A stretch of 64,000 nt of DNA, taken from positions 52,144,001 through 52,208,000 of the forward strand of contig NC_045707.1 in the NCBI RefSeq assembly GCF_009834535.1. The letters run 5' to 3'. The notes beneath the pieces are model-generated. The model did no database searches and was not told where the DNA came from. It saw only the letters and a program-made list of their open reading frames with translations. This stretch comes from Camelus ferus (lineage: Eukaryota). The translations under genes and the position numbers were made by a program. Below, one piece after another: positions 1-12,600 of the stretch; position 1 is the stretch's first letter, and each line of letters opens with the position of its first letter.

Positions 1-190
1 TATATAAAATCATAAAATATCTGTAAGTTTAATTTTTTTTAATTTAAATGCAAGGCTCAGGCTGGGAAAAATAGTTTTAATAAATTAGCAAATGCTTTAG
101 TTAACCAAATATTTTGTTACATACGCACCCCATGTCTGATAAAATAATAGTTCAGAAAAATTCAATGAAAAGTGAAAGAGACAGCCAGAC

Positions 191-600
191 ATTTATTCAC
201 TTCATTTATTCATTCATTCTGCACATATTTATTGTGTCTGTAATACATCGGATACAAACCTAGTTTCCAGATACTCCATGGTAAAAAATAATAATAACAT
301 AGCCACGGCTCTGAAGAAACTATGGGAGGAAAATATGCATATTAAATAATAAAACACACAGAAATGATTGTCACACACTTTTAAGTCTTATGAAAGAAAG
401 AGATAGCTAACTGCCCAAGAGCAATAACAAAATGTGTAAGGGAAGGACCTCTTTCTAGGAACACAGGGAAGGAGTACTGAGCATAATTGAGAATAAAGAT
501 AATATTCAAAAAAAGGTACTACTAAAAGTGAATTTTTAGCAGAAAAGGAGGCATCCAGTTGAATGTGCCTGCAGGAAAAATCAGGTTAAATTTGAAAAAC
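191..600 (-). mobile_element. L2 LINE 3' fragment (ancient)
   Basis: ttcattcattc...catatttattgtgtc resembles the reverse-complemented L2 3' tail; purine-rich degenerate body follows. Confidence 0.55.
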
Positions 601-1184
601 TAAAATGTGTTTAATATTTTTAGATTGTTTCATGGTACACAAAGAGCTTTAGTCATTATTTTAAGAAAATTTTCCTCAGTCTGTGTGTCTCTTGAATGTA
701 AGAGATTTGATTTCCCTCTATTCTTACTACCACATTCTTAGACTGTGAGAAAGCCACAGTATTAATTCAATATTAATGGTTCTTATTCCAAAATCAACAC
801 AAACATAAACTACTATCATGAGGAGCTGTTACTCCCAGAGTTATTGGCACTGCTATATGCCTATAATGCATGGCAATAGTGCTTTGTGTCGATAATTTAT
901 TCTCTAAATGCCTAGAGTAAAAACGGTAATTTCAGGAGACATATGAGAACAGAATTTTGGCTATCTCAGAAGGTGGTATCCATGTAGTAGAAGAGTGGAT
1001 ACCTTTTTTGTTTCTGTTTTGATTGGTTGGAGTAACAGATTCTGTATTTCTGAATTATGAGTGGTTAGTGGAGCTGAGCCCAAACCTCTTCCTACTTATT
1101 TCCTGAATGTGAGACGTTGTTTTTGCTGATAAGCATGCATAGTTCTCATTGTGTTTGTTAGTCCAGTTTCTTCTACATTCTATT

Positions 1185-1372
1185 TGGTCCTCGGTCTTCA
1201 ACATGCATTCTGAATCACATGGAAAACTTATTAAAAGAAAAATTGCTGAGTCCCACCTACAACATTTCCCATTCTGTATGTCTAAGTTGGGGTCCAATAG
1301 TTTATGTTCATAACAGATTCCCTGGTGATACTGGTGCTGCTGCTCCAGAGACCACACTTTGAGAACCCTCTT
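1185..1372. mobile_element. MER5A-like hAT-Charlie DNA transposon
   Basis: gaatcacatggaaaacttattaaaa...ggtgatactggtgctgctgctccagagaccacactttgagaacc resembles MER5A. Confidence 0.75.
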
Positions 1373-2517
1373 CTATTTAGTGAAAATTCTTCTCGAACAC
1401 TTAGAAAGGTTTAAATGTCATGTTTGTATTAAAGAGTATTGGTTTTGTTTTTATTCATCTACATCATTGGGGGTATTTTGATAAAAATTCGGATCACCTA
1501 CAAGGTAAGGTGACCTCACACAAACTTAAATCAAAAGTGAGTATAGTAAATACCATTTGCCTGAAAGGCCCATATCGATTTGTCTCTATAGAGCTAAAGA
1601 TGTCATAAAGCTTCAGGTGGGAGTCAAAATCTGGTTGAGGAATGAATCAATGTTAGCATCTATTGTTGAAACATATTTTTAAATCATTACAGATACCTTT
1701 CAAAGGCTATCATTAAGTTACTATCATTTATAATATCTGTAGACAAATTGACAGATAAAACTTAAAATATAATTTTATTTCTAAAAATACATAAGTTTAT
1801 AGTTTCACTGGGTTTGTTATAACTCATAAAACTTAGACATTTTGAGTAGTTGATCAATATACTTCAATTTTTCATTTTCAGCTGCTTATTTTATAAGGTG
1901 TAGATACAGTAATGTTTACATATAGACTGCTTCAGGTTACATCAATAGCAATAAAGTCAATCCCTTTCTTTGGGAAATCATTTTGAACTTTTTAATCAGT
2001 TTTTGAACTCTTGCATAATCCACCATCTGGTGTTTACTAGTCATCAATAGGTTCAATTGATTGTAGTACACAAAGTTCATGATGCTCTGAATTCTGGTTG
2101 ACTTTTATAGATTTAATCTAGTTCTACGTGAACTAATTTTGATTTCAAGCATATTTACACTAGGTAAAATGCATTTTAGGATTTTCCTATTGGAAACTTT
2201 TTAGGAAGCATTTTTTCCCCACACTATAATGGTTTGTCTCCCTATTGAGACCAGCATGAAGGTTTGGGAAAGTTTAGTATATTTATTGTATTTTCAAATA
2301 TCTTATGCCAATGTTTTCCTTATTTGGGCTCCTTTAACTTACACTCTTAGTGGAATGGTTCAATGAAAAATGCCTTAGAAAGCAACTCCATGGTAGTCTT
2401 TGTGTTTCAATCTTGAAATCCTAGTTTGAGTATTTACGGTGAAGATAGACCAAGTAAAAATACGACTACTTAAATATCTCAGATGTCTCTCCCTATCCTA
2501 GCCTTCTTTGAAATAGA

Positions 2518-3031
2518 TGTTTTATTTCTCTGTTGTTGCCTAACAAATTATATCACAATTTAGGTGGTTTAAAAGAACAACAAGTATGTATCATGTTACA
2601 GTTTCTCAGTTTCACAACTAGTTTAGATATGTGTTTCTAGCCCAGAGTTTCTCATGTAAGTGCAGTCAAGATATTGGCCATGGCTGCTGTCATATGAAGG
2701 CTTAAACATGGGCTCTGTATCTGCTTCCAACGTGGCTCACGGACTTGCCTGGCAAATCAGTACTAATTGTTGGCAGGAAACTTCAGTTCCTCAATTTGTT
2801 GGCCTTTCCTTAGGGTAGCTGGCTTTCCTCAGCATGAGTCATCCAACAGAAGCTACAAAGGAAGCCACAGTCACTTGAAAGACCTAGATTAAGTAGTCAT
2901 TCTCTGTTATTCCTGAAATAACCTATTTGTTCCACAAGACAATTCTATTCAGTGTGGGCGAGGACCACACAAAGAAATGGATACCAGGAGGCAAAAATAA
3001 CTGGAGACCATCTTGGAGGATAGTTGTTGCA
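2518..3031 (-). mobile_element. MLT1-family (MaLR) solo LTR
   Basis: ctgttgttgcctaacaaatta...gcagtcaagatattggccatggctgctgtcatatgaaggctt...gaccatcttggagg are typical MLT1 reverse-strand motifs. Confidence 0.75.
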
Positions 3032-3606
3032 AATTACAAGGAAAACACATAAGCCTTCTGGAGGAAATAATTTTTATTGTGAGTATTTAATATTTATGAA
3101 AGAAGAAGGAAGATATCCGGGGATCAGTAGAAATTCAATGATCCATACATATCACCACAATGATGTTTTGAATCAGCCCAACTGGGTGGACTTACACGGG
3201 CCACCAAATCCATGAGGAATCCTAAGATTCCAAATTTTCCCTCAGGAAATGTCCCTTACTCTTGAGGCTACTAATTATTTTGGTTCTCTTAAGGAATTTA
3301 TCTTCCACAACTGGATTCAACTAACTCCTGTATGCTATATCAACTCACAATCTCTATTTCTTGACCAGATCTGCCTCTTAAGCTTCCAGTTCAGCTTTCA
3401 GCTGCCAGTTGGACAGCATGAAGTCCTGGAAATAGAATGCAGTTTGGAATCAGAAAGATATGGATTTAAATACTGGTTTCACAACTGTATTAGCTTTGTG
3501 ATATTAGACACATTGCCTAATTCTTCTGAGCTTCGGTTTCCCATTTATATAATGATAATATCTTCCTAGTAAATCTGCTGTGAGAATGAAAGATGATAAT
3601 GTCGGA

Positions 3607-4293
3607 CAGTGGTTATTAACCAGGGATGTGCTGTTCATCTAGAGGACATTGCAAAGCTTAGAAACATTTTGCTGTTGTTGTTTTACTGTCACAACTGAGT
3701 AAGAGGGGTGCTACTAGCGTCTAGTGTTCAGAGGCTAGAGATGCTACTGAACACCCTCCAGTGCACGAGACAGCCTTCTGCAGTGTGATGGTTACTATTT
3801 CCTGTTAACTCGACTGGCCACATGGTGCCCAGATGTTTGGTCAAACATTAATCTGTGAAGTGTTTTGGGAAGAGATTAACATTTAAATTGGTAAACTGAG
3901 TAAAGCAGATTGCCCTCCCTAAAGTGTGTGGGCTTAATCCAATTAGTCAAAGGCCTCAATAGAACCTCAAGGCCTGACCTTTCTTAAGAGAAAAACCCTC
4001 CTACCTGACTGCCTTCAAAGAGGGACACCAGGTTTTTCCTGTCTTTGGTCTTGAACCAAAATACTGGTTCTTCCTGCCAACCTTAGGACTGAAACTACAC
4101 CCTATTAGCTCTCGTGGGTCTCCAGCTTGAAAACTGACCCTGCAGATTTTATACAGACACACACACAGACACAGACACACAAACATAACACCCCTACATC
4201 CTGTTGGGTTCTGCAGAGTCCTAATACACACGACAAAGAATCAAAGAATTATCTGGCCCCAAATGTCAATAGTGTCCAACTTAAGAAAGCTTG
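3607..4293. mobile_element. MER20 hAT DNA transposon split by MLT2 (pieces 3607-3783, 4229-4293)
   Basis: cagtggttattaaccaggg...gtcacaactg...ggggtgctactagcgtctagtg...gacagcc, resuming as acaaagaattatctggccccaaatgtcaatagtg. Confidence 0.8.
3784..4228 (+). mobile_element. MLT2 (ERVL) solo LTR
   Basis: Starts tgtgatggtta, contains actgagtaaagcagattgccctccctaa and an internal (CA)n, ends ctaataca. Confidence 0.85.
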
Positions 4294-6234
4294 ATAAAAA
4301 GAAGCACCTAGTCTAATACCTTATACATGGAAGGCAATCAATAAATGTTCAATTAATCAGCTATAATTCAAATTCAAAATTTTAAAATAAAAAAATATTT
4401 ATATTTTCAGTGAATGAAAGTGCCTGTAGTCTACCGGACTGGAAAATTAAGTCCACTGAATAATTAAAAACAATATTACTTAATACATTGCATGGATAAT
4501 AATTTACGTTTTCAATATAATGCCCAAGATTAAGGTGAGACTGCTGAATCCACTATAAAACAACACTTATCATAACTTACAGTTGCTATCGAATGAATGT
4601 ATAGATTTTCATAAATGTATCAGTTATAAAATTCTGGTCTTCTGATACTTTGGTAGTTCTAATCTTCACTGTTGTGATTCTCTCATGTTTTTGGTTGTTG
4701 GTTAATTGGTTAGTTTATTTGTTGTTTGCTAATATTATTTATGTCTGCGTTTGATGATATGAGGAGAGTATTACTCCACGTCTGTCTCTGTTGTTTTTGC
4801 TGTCTTTGAACTTGATGATACAACATTTCCCACTGAATGCAGAATGAAAGTCTAAATTCCAAATTTAACTTAGATGTTTGGATAATGAGTATTGCTAATC
4901 TCTTGAAGCAAACAGATTCCTATAAGTGTTAACCAACACATTCTGTTAATATTTTTAATCAAAATGTGGTAGTAGTTCATAGTTTTCAACCCTCAATATT
5001 TAATACTTGGGGTTTAATTTTTTTTTAATAGCAGGCCTTTTAAATTTAAACCAAGAGTAAGTATTCAAGTGGTGAGAGTGATGCCCTTTTGGCAGTGTTA
5101 AAGATATTTTGACTACAATTTTATAAGAAAATGGATATGCCATGGTGGGTAGCTATCTCATGTTAATCAGAAGAAAAGGAGGAGGAAAGGAAAGTTGGAA
5201 GAAAAGAAAGAGACAGGGAGAGACAGAGAGAGAGAACAAACACCAGAGAGGCAGAGAAAACTTGAGCAAGTAAATATTCTCTATTTAAAACATGCAGTAC
5301 TTAAAATATTTTCAAGGTTTGCCTCTAATTTTATTATAGCACAGATACTTCCATATTTTTGTTATTTTTTGTATATGATGAAAATATAACAAGCAAATAA
5401 AAATATTATACTTGCATAGATATTTAATCATATGTTTTTTAGAATATAAGAAAAAATACAATGCAGTAATCTGTAATATTAGACATATACAGTGGTTACA
5501 AGAAGTGAAACATTTATTTCATTATGTAAGTCTATACCACTGGAGTGCCCACTCCCTAAGATTGGTATGAAATACTTTACCAATTTAAAAAATGTATAAA
5601 GCCCTAGTTTATAGTTTCTGGTGATCACAGATAAAGTAACTCCTTACCCAGTCCAAAGGAGCTATATTTAAGGTCATCAGGCACTACTGGCAGTTCCAGT
5701 CCCACCACGACAATTCCACCGTGAAGTTCTCTGGACTGTGGTGCCTGGTGTCCAGCCCTCGCAGTTCTCACAGCCACTTGTGCAGTCATTCTTCTCCTAG
5801 CCCTCTGCCACTTCAGGCACAGTGTACTTCAGGGGGTTCAGCTTTCCCCCATAGAATATTCAACTCCTCTTTTCTCCTTAATTCTAGAAAACCAACAAGA
5901 TCCTGCCTGATCCCTGCCTTATCTCAGACTTCAAATTAAGGCTGTCTTAAAATGAGGCTTTCAAAAGCAGAGGGTTATTCTGATCATAATGCTTATCTTT
6001 AACTATTATGTGTGCTCATGAACATATTTCCAAAATTATCAATGTCAAGAATGAGACAGCATTTACTCCTTATCCCCCATATCAGGGTCATTCTCTCAAA
6101 AGATATAGATCAAGGGTCTTCTTTGAGCCAAACTTTTTTTTTTTTTTTTTTTTTAGAATTTGACATCATTCATTTTATTTTCCCAGACTGGTGAGAAGTG
6201 ATTACAGAAATCACAAATTAGAGATATTTTGAGC

Positions 6235-6432
6235 TTTTTTTTTTAACAGTATAAACTTGTTGTTTATCTATTTTATATATTTATATTAGTTTGTATCTGC
6301 AAATCTCAAACTCTCAAATTATCCCTTCCCACCCCCTCCCCCCATACCATAAGTATGATATCACTTATATGCAGAATCTAAAAAAAATAAAATAGACAAA
6401 CGAAATTATTTACAAAACAGAAACAGAACAGA
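6235..6432 (-). mobile_element. Short L1 3' fragment with 5' inversion
   Basis: T10, then antisense L1 3'UTR (ttgttgtttatctatttta...gtatctgcaaatctcaaactc), then the upstream segment in sense (atgatatcacttatatgcagaatctaaaa...acaaaacagaaacag). Confidence 0.75.
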
Positions 6433-8889
6433 CTAAGCCAAGCATTATACTGGGTAATGGAAATTCACAGGCAATCCAATGAGAAATGGCCCATGCCCTC
6501 ACTGGGCGTAAGTAACAGAAATTAAACACCGTTTTTACTATTTTTTTCACTCCATTTTCTGTTTTTTGATTGATGACATCTGTGGTTGTTAATCTGTTGA
6601 CGAGTGTTATCAATATACTCAATATCGTTTCTTATTAAAGATATTTATTTCTGTAACCATGATAACAGATGTTAAGAAACCTTCACTGTTGATTCTTTTC
6701 TATGCTGCATGTATTATCTTTGAATTTTTTATTTGATTTTACTCTCAGAAAGGGTACATGGGTGGTTTATTTTCTGTAAATTCGTCTGTGAATGGCAGCT
6801 CTGTTAGTTGGGAAATTACTGAATCACAATCTTTTCTGCTTGAAACTCCCTAGAGACTGTCCTATTGTCCTCAGCTAGATTTGTGTTTCTCTGTTGGTAA
6901 CCTGTTTTTCATTGCCTGAATGTTTAAAGAGGTTTTTAAAATTTATTTATACAGTTCAGTATACACGGTTCATCCTTGTTATTTTCATTTAATATACAAT
7001 GAATCCCCTTAACCAAAGACTTATTTTCAGTTGAATTTTTTATGTTATTATAACTTATAAAATATTACTTTCTCTCTTTCAAAATAAGTACTGATGTCCT
7101 ATCTATGAGCAGGTTAGTGTGCTTCTGCTAAGGATCCATGTTCTAACAGGCATACATAACACTTGCACTTCTAAAATAAACCCAAGGTCTATGTCCTTTA
7201 TGAACTTGGGAATTCATATTAGGTTTATAATGAGTATTGTAATATTGCCATTTGTTGCAGTATCCAGTAATATGTTTTCCTTTTTCTTTGCCTAACACAG
7301 TTTCCTCAGTGGAAGGCATCATTGAGGGTATTAAAGGGTACATTCTCAACACAGTGAATAAATTAAAGGTCAGCAGGGAGTATACACTGCCATTTTAATG
7401 AAACTGCATACCTCACATGGATGGTATTTTTAGAACTTCTGCCTTTCATGTGCACTGTACTTACTGTTTTTTAGGCTTCAAATAGTTACTTGTAGTAGTA
7501 TATAAATACATTCCATTTTATTAAGAATATGAATTCATGGGCATTTCATCAACTAAAAATTTCAAGATTAAGAAAACACTCAGTGAAAATATCTAAAATA
7601 ACTTTATATTTAATGTGTTAACATATGCAATATGATTTTATTTTACACATCTATTTTGAATCCAAACTTTCATTTAACTAGAGGCTTAAAGAGATGAAAT
7701 TACTAAGGAAACTAACTGTTCTTAAGGATAGAAAAAAAAATGTGGTAATCCCAAGCTTGAATTCACAAAGAATAATTTATGTATGTATCTGAATTTCTGG
7801 TGCCTTATTAGTGACTTCAGTGGAATGCTTCAAAAGGATTAATTGCTTGGGTTTGCACAAGTTCTTTATTTATCATCATTAAAAGGCCTGCTGAAGGAGG
7901 ATTTTTATGGTGTAATGTATCACTTACTAAAATTATTTTTTGGCAAACTGACAAAAAAAAATCTTAGATGTTATGCTGTCTAATTACATGGCTTGAATCT
8001 AACAATTATTTCTAATTTGTTGGCCTCAAGCTATAAGGATGGAGAAGCTGAACATATCAGCTGTTATATTTCCTTGCATGAGATCTATACCTACATGTAG
8101 TGAACAAAGGCTTTTAAGAACTATAACATATAATATGGTGATGCTGATGCTAAAAATCAGACATGAGACTGCATTACCCTTTTCTGAAACAATATTTTGA
8201 TAATGGAAATTATGAACTAATATAATCATTTATCTAAACTAACTCATGATTGAGAACTATAAAATAATAATTATAATGCATGAAAATTAATATCAGTTAA
8301 GCTTCCATAATGTTGTATGTTGCTTTTATTGTGTTAAAATAGGTAATCCATTCTGTGCATAAAAATACATGAGCAATTGGCAAATGATATTAGTTTAAAT
8401 AAACATGTTAAAGATGTTTCAAAGTAATCATAATTACTATGATATAAATAATTAGACTGAAAACGTTTCCCCTCTAAATAATGTATACAAAATATTTCCT
8501 CATTTGATGTTTGCTTTGTCTTCACAATGTCCTTCTAGTTCAGAGTAAACATACCGTATTTAGAACTAATTCTGCATAAATCTTTTCCTAGTTATTCCCT
8601 TAGCATAGATTTTACTTTTGAAGGTAAGAAAGAAAGAAATCAATTGGACTGGAGAATTTATTTAAATGGTCATATTTCAGTCTAGGAATCAGGTCCAGCC
8701 TAAGTTATTTGCAAACATAAAGCAGAATAGAAAGCCATGTAGGTAGAGCAAGGAAAATATTTGAGTTCCTAAAATTAATACTGGAACATGGGTAGAATAA
8801 ATAGAAACAGAAAATGAGTGGGAGCTATAATTGCATCTATTGTGAATCAAAATCCATTAAATTATAAATTTGTGAGAATGATTCTCTAG

Positions 8890-9097
8890 GTTAACATGGA
8901 TTTGGAGTCAGAAGACATAAGTACTCTCTGAGTTCTGTCATTTATTCTGTAACCATTGGCCATTCATTCAGAATATCTTAGCCTTTTTAAAAGAAAATAA
9001 TAAAATTCACTTCATGTAGTTATGATAAGTAATAAGTGAGGTAACATATTTAATAACACATTTATCTAGTGCATTGCAGATATTCAGTGAATGGTAA
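8890..9097 (+). mobile_element. MIR SINE
   Basis: atggatttggagtcagaagac...gtgaggtaacatat...attcagtgaatggta. Confidence 0.65.
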
Positions 9098-9189
9098 GAG
9101 AGTCTGAGGTGAGAGAAGCATTGCTTCAGAGTTTAAGGAGACAAACTAGAATTCTTTGGAGAGAGGTACAAATACGCCAAAAACTACAT

Positions 9190-9378
9190 TATGAGAACTA
9201 ACTTTCCAACAGTTCACGTTACTGATTGGGCTGCATATTGAGCGAGTGAGGCCCTCAGTGGAAACTGTTTGAGAGCTGGGGGACAATCTTGTCGAGATTA
9301 CAGAGAAGTTGATTAAACATGAGACTGGAGGATCATCAAGGTCCTCTCCAATCCCAGGATCCAGCGGTTTGTGAAACT
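9190..9378 (+). mobile_element. L3/CR1-like LINE 3' fragment
   Basis: gaactaactttccaacagt...gagtgaggccctcagtggaa...tcaaggtcctctccaatcccaggatcc resembles the CR1/L3 3' end. Confidence 0.5.
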
Positions 9379-9424
9379 GTTAGTCTGACTACTTTGCAGA
9401 TAAAAATGTATTCTCCCAGAAAGG

Positions 9425-9688
9425 AGCAACAGAGCAGAATGTTTAAAAGCTGGGACTCTGGAATCTAAACTGGCTGTGTTCCCATTCTGACACAGTCTTT
9501 TCCTAAGTGTGTGAATTTGGGAAAATTATATGACTCCCCTGAGGTTCAGCTATCTTATCTCATACATGGTGATAATAATTTCTATTTGATGTGAAGATAA
9601 AATTAAATAGTGCATGCTCAAGGCTTAACAGAGTGCCTACAACATAGTAACTCATCCCCATAGTTACCAGTGTTTTATCATTATCACT
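9425..9688 (+). mobile_element. MIR SINE
   Basis: ggactctggaatctaaactggctg...tgtgtgaatttgggaaaatta...gcttaacagagtgcctacaacatagtaa. Confidence 0.75.
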
Positions 9689-12600
9689 CTGTCAACTTAG
9701 TAGAACCGATAGGCCAAAGCCAACTCTAAAATCACTATGTGAAGAAACTTTGAATAATGAGACCAGATCAAGCAGTAAGTTGTTTATGAAAATAAATGCA
9801 TAAAATATCATTCATGTTAAGCACAATATAGTTATCCAGAAACAGCCAGGCTTTATGATGCAGCCCAATGCATACTAAAGCCATAGCATTGCCTAAATTT
9901 ACAAATATTTGCATTGCTAAGCTCTTAAATTATAAGCATTTTGGTGTATGATTGAGTCTACAGGTTGTCTGATAAATGTATACTCAGTTATTACCATTGA
10001 TTATTGCAGTTCTGTTCCTCTAAATAGAGTCTGCAACTTTTTTTCCTTCTTAACCTTGTCCAAAGTATAGAAACTTCAGTCACTTACTCTAATGGCTAGA
10101 AAATGTATCCTATTCTGAGTTAAGGGACCCATGAAAATAACTGTAGTATCCTGACTGACATAATTTTTAAATAGAAGTTCAGGTATCAAGAAAATTAGTG
10201 TAAATTTGCCATTCACCAGTTAGATGATTCCATAGGGTTAAATAATCCATTAGACAATTTATAAAGCCAGTTGTCCAAATTCCATTAACTAGCATGCCTG
10301 TGCACTGTGAACTTCACATTTATCAAAACATTTTTTATTTTTCTTACTTTAAAATTTTGAGCTATTACCAAAAGCTATAAGAACAAAACTCTTAATAAAT
10401 ATTAACTTAAACATTTAATTTCAGAAGTAATTAAAATGTAAAACTTTAAATGATGTGAATAAAATAGAGTGCATTTGCCCTATTATGCTATCTGAGGGGA
10501 GAAATCTGTGAAAAAGAAAGAAAGAAAAAAAAGAAAAACCTTCTGTTCTGAGCTCTACAATTCTATAACTGAAAGGGTAGAAAGTCTGAAAGAAAAGTGT
10601 CCTGAATGTAAAAATCTTAAACTTGAGAAGTTTGAGAGTTAAATTTTAAACCTGCAGTAGGTTGTCTTCCTTGTCTTAACTGTGAATGAAGGAAAGGGCA
10701 ATCAGTAAACAGAGAAGCCCTTTACCAAATACGGCATTAATGACTGCAGGCAATACCTAGCATCACACTGGGAAGCAAATTGGTAGTCACTGGAGACTGC
10801 TGAGCCTTGGTGAGATGTTCCCTGAGGCTAAAACCAATCAACAGCTGGGCTATTCCATACCCCACAAAGCCTAAGAGTGGTTTCCAGGGGTAACCTCTTT
10901 GAGAGCACATTTGAATAATCTAATTTGGAGTTTCAAAAGTGGGGGAAATGGTGGACACACCACATGTTAACTGGCATGATTTCTTAAATTGCTATAGAAG
11001 GATGCTCACATCTGATACAGTTTACGATGCATGTTTTAAAACAAAACCAATGTTGCATAACCTGTTTGATATTGTACAAATACACACTTCAGTTTCAGTG
11101 CTCTGCTCTTTTCTCTAAAGATGATTTCACTTCTTTTCTGAGTACTTGAAATGTCACCCCTTTCTTTCTGAAAATAATGAAGTGGGCGGGTGTCTTTATC
11201 CTTAATAGTGTTAAAGAGATTTCAGAAGTTAACACACTGAAAATTTACAAATTCTCATGCATTCATTATGTTAGGAGTTGGTTGTTACTATTTGTGTAAG
11301 AAATATTTATGAAACACGTATTAGGTACTACATATTGGCTAATAAGCCTGGAGTATGTATTATTTTCTTTAAGAGGATTGAAAAAGAAATGATGTTCAAA
11401 CCTTTAATAGGGCAATATTTCTTCTTTCAGAGGATTCATCCTTGAAAGGGGAAAAGTGAGCAAAATGCTTACGTTATGTGAACCTGTTCAGGCTATTAAA
11501 TTGTCTATTGAAAGATGAGTATTTTAGAACTAATATATACTCAAATAAATGCTTTGAAATGAAGTTCTACAACATAAACTTAAATAACCTTCTAGAAAAG
11601 TAGAAGTTAGGAAGTTAAAGGGTACAACAAATAAGGTATTGTTTAGTTCTCTTAGCTTCCTAAAAGTCAGTGTTCTTTCTAAAAGCATACTGTTTCCCCA
11701 GGCAGTATATTTATTTTATTTATTCCTAGGAAACACTTAGTATGTATTTGATTTAGCATTAATGATGTAAGAACTTGGACAGGGATCCATCTACTGGGGC
11801 AGAGGTGGGACAGAAATAAGAGACAATGCATGTCCTGAGGCTTGTGAGAGACTGTCAAAAATAGGACAGTATAGAAGAATCTAGATCATTAGGTAAAAAA
11901 TGAGAGTTAGTTGCTAATACCAGAGATTAAAAGGGCTTGGGTTTCAGGACAGGTGTCTAGACCTAAAAAAAAAAAAAAAAAAAAAGAGATAGTACAGCAA
12001 TGACCAGTTCTAAAGGAGAGGCTGTATTTCATTAGGTAGCTACGTAGTTCAATGTGTATTCTAATAGCAATGCTAGGCATTGTGTGCAAAAGGAAAAGGT
12101 AAAATTTATATGACCTTTAATTTGGAAGAGTCTCCATAAAAGCATACAAAAAAAAAAAGCCCCCACCAAGTTAGTGGACCTAAGAGGAAAGTTGGTGGAA
12201 TGATAACAGACAACAAATGATAAGAATCAGTTAAAAGAAGGCTGACAGTGCAGCTTACTTTCTTGATGCTGAAGTATTAAGTCATTGGCTCATAGTCCTT
12301 AAATCTTCTCTTAAAGGAAGATAATGTTTACCAGATATTGGAGCAAGTCTGATGTCTGGCAATATGCATTAAATAGGCAAGGGACTCATTGCCAAAGAGT
12401 GTATTACCTTTCTTACAGTGTCACCAGGGGAAAGGAGAAGGTAGACTGCTCATGCTGGTGCTCCGTCATCTCGCTAATAACAGTATGGTCTTCAGGTACA
12501 GCAAATTGCTTTCTATCCAAAAATAACAATGGCATTTATTCCCAAAGTAGATTTTATTCAACTGCACAAGACTTCGTGAGGGAGGCATTTCTCACCAAGG

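Larger units (their letters stand above)
3425..4352 (+). mobile_element. MIR SINE split by nested insertions (pieces ~3425-3606 and ~4294-4352)
   Basis: ttggaatcagaaag...ttctgagcttcggtttcccatttat...gtgagaatgaaagatgataatgt; tail aagcacctagt...caataaatgtt resumes after MER20. Confidence 0.7.

Noticed and set aside
11965..11984. Orphan poly(A) run (similar runs at ~18940, ~40568, ~60746)
   Set aside because: No associated element body or TSD identified; treated as simple homopolymers.
12419..12495. Possible exon ctttcttacag|...cag|gtacag
   Set aside because: Weak donor, no recognisable peptide, no partner exons.
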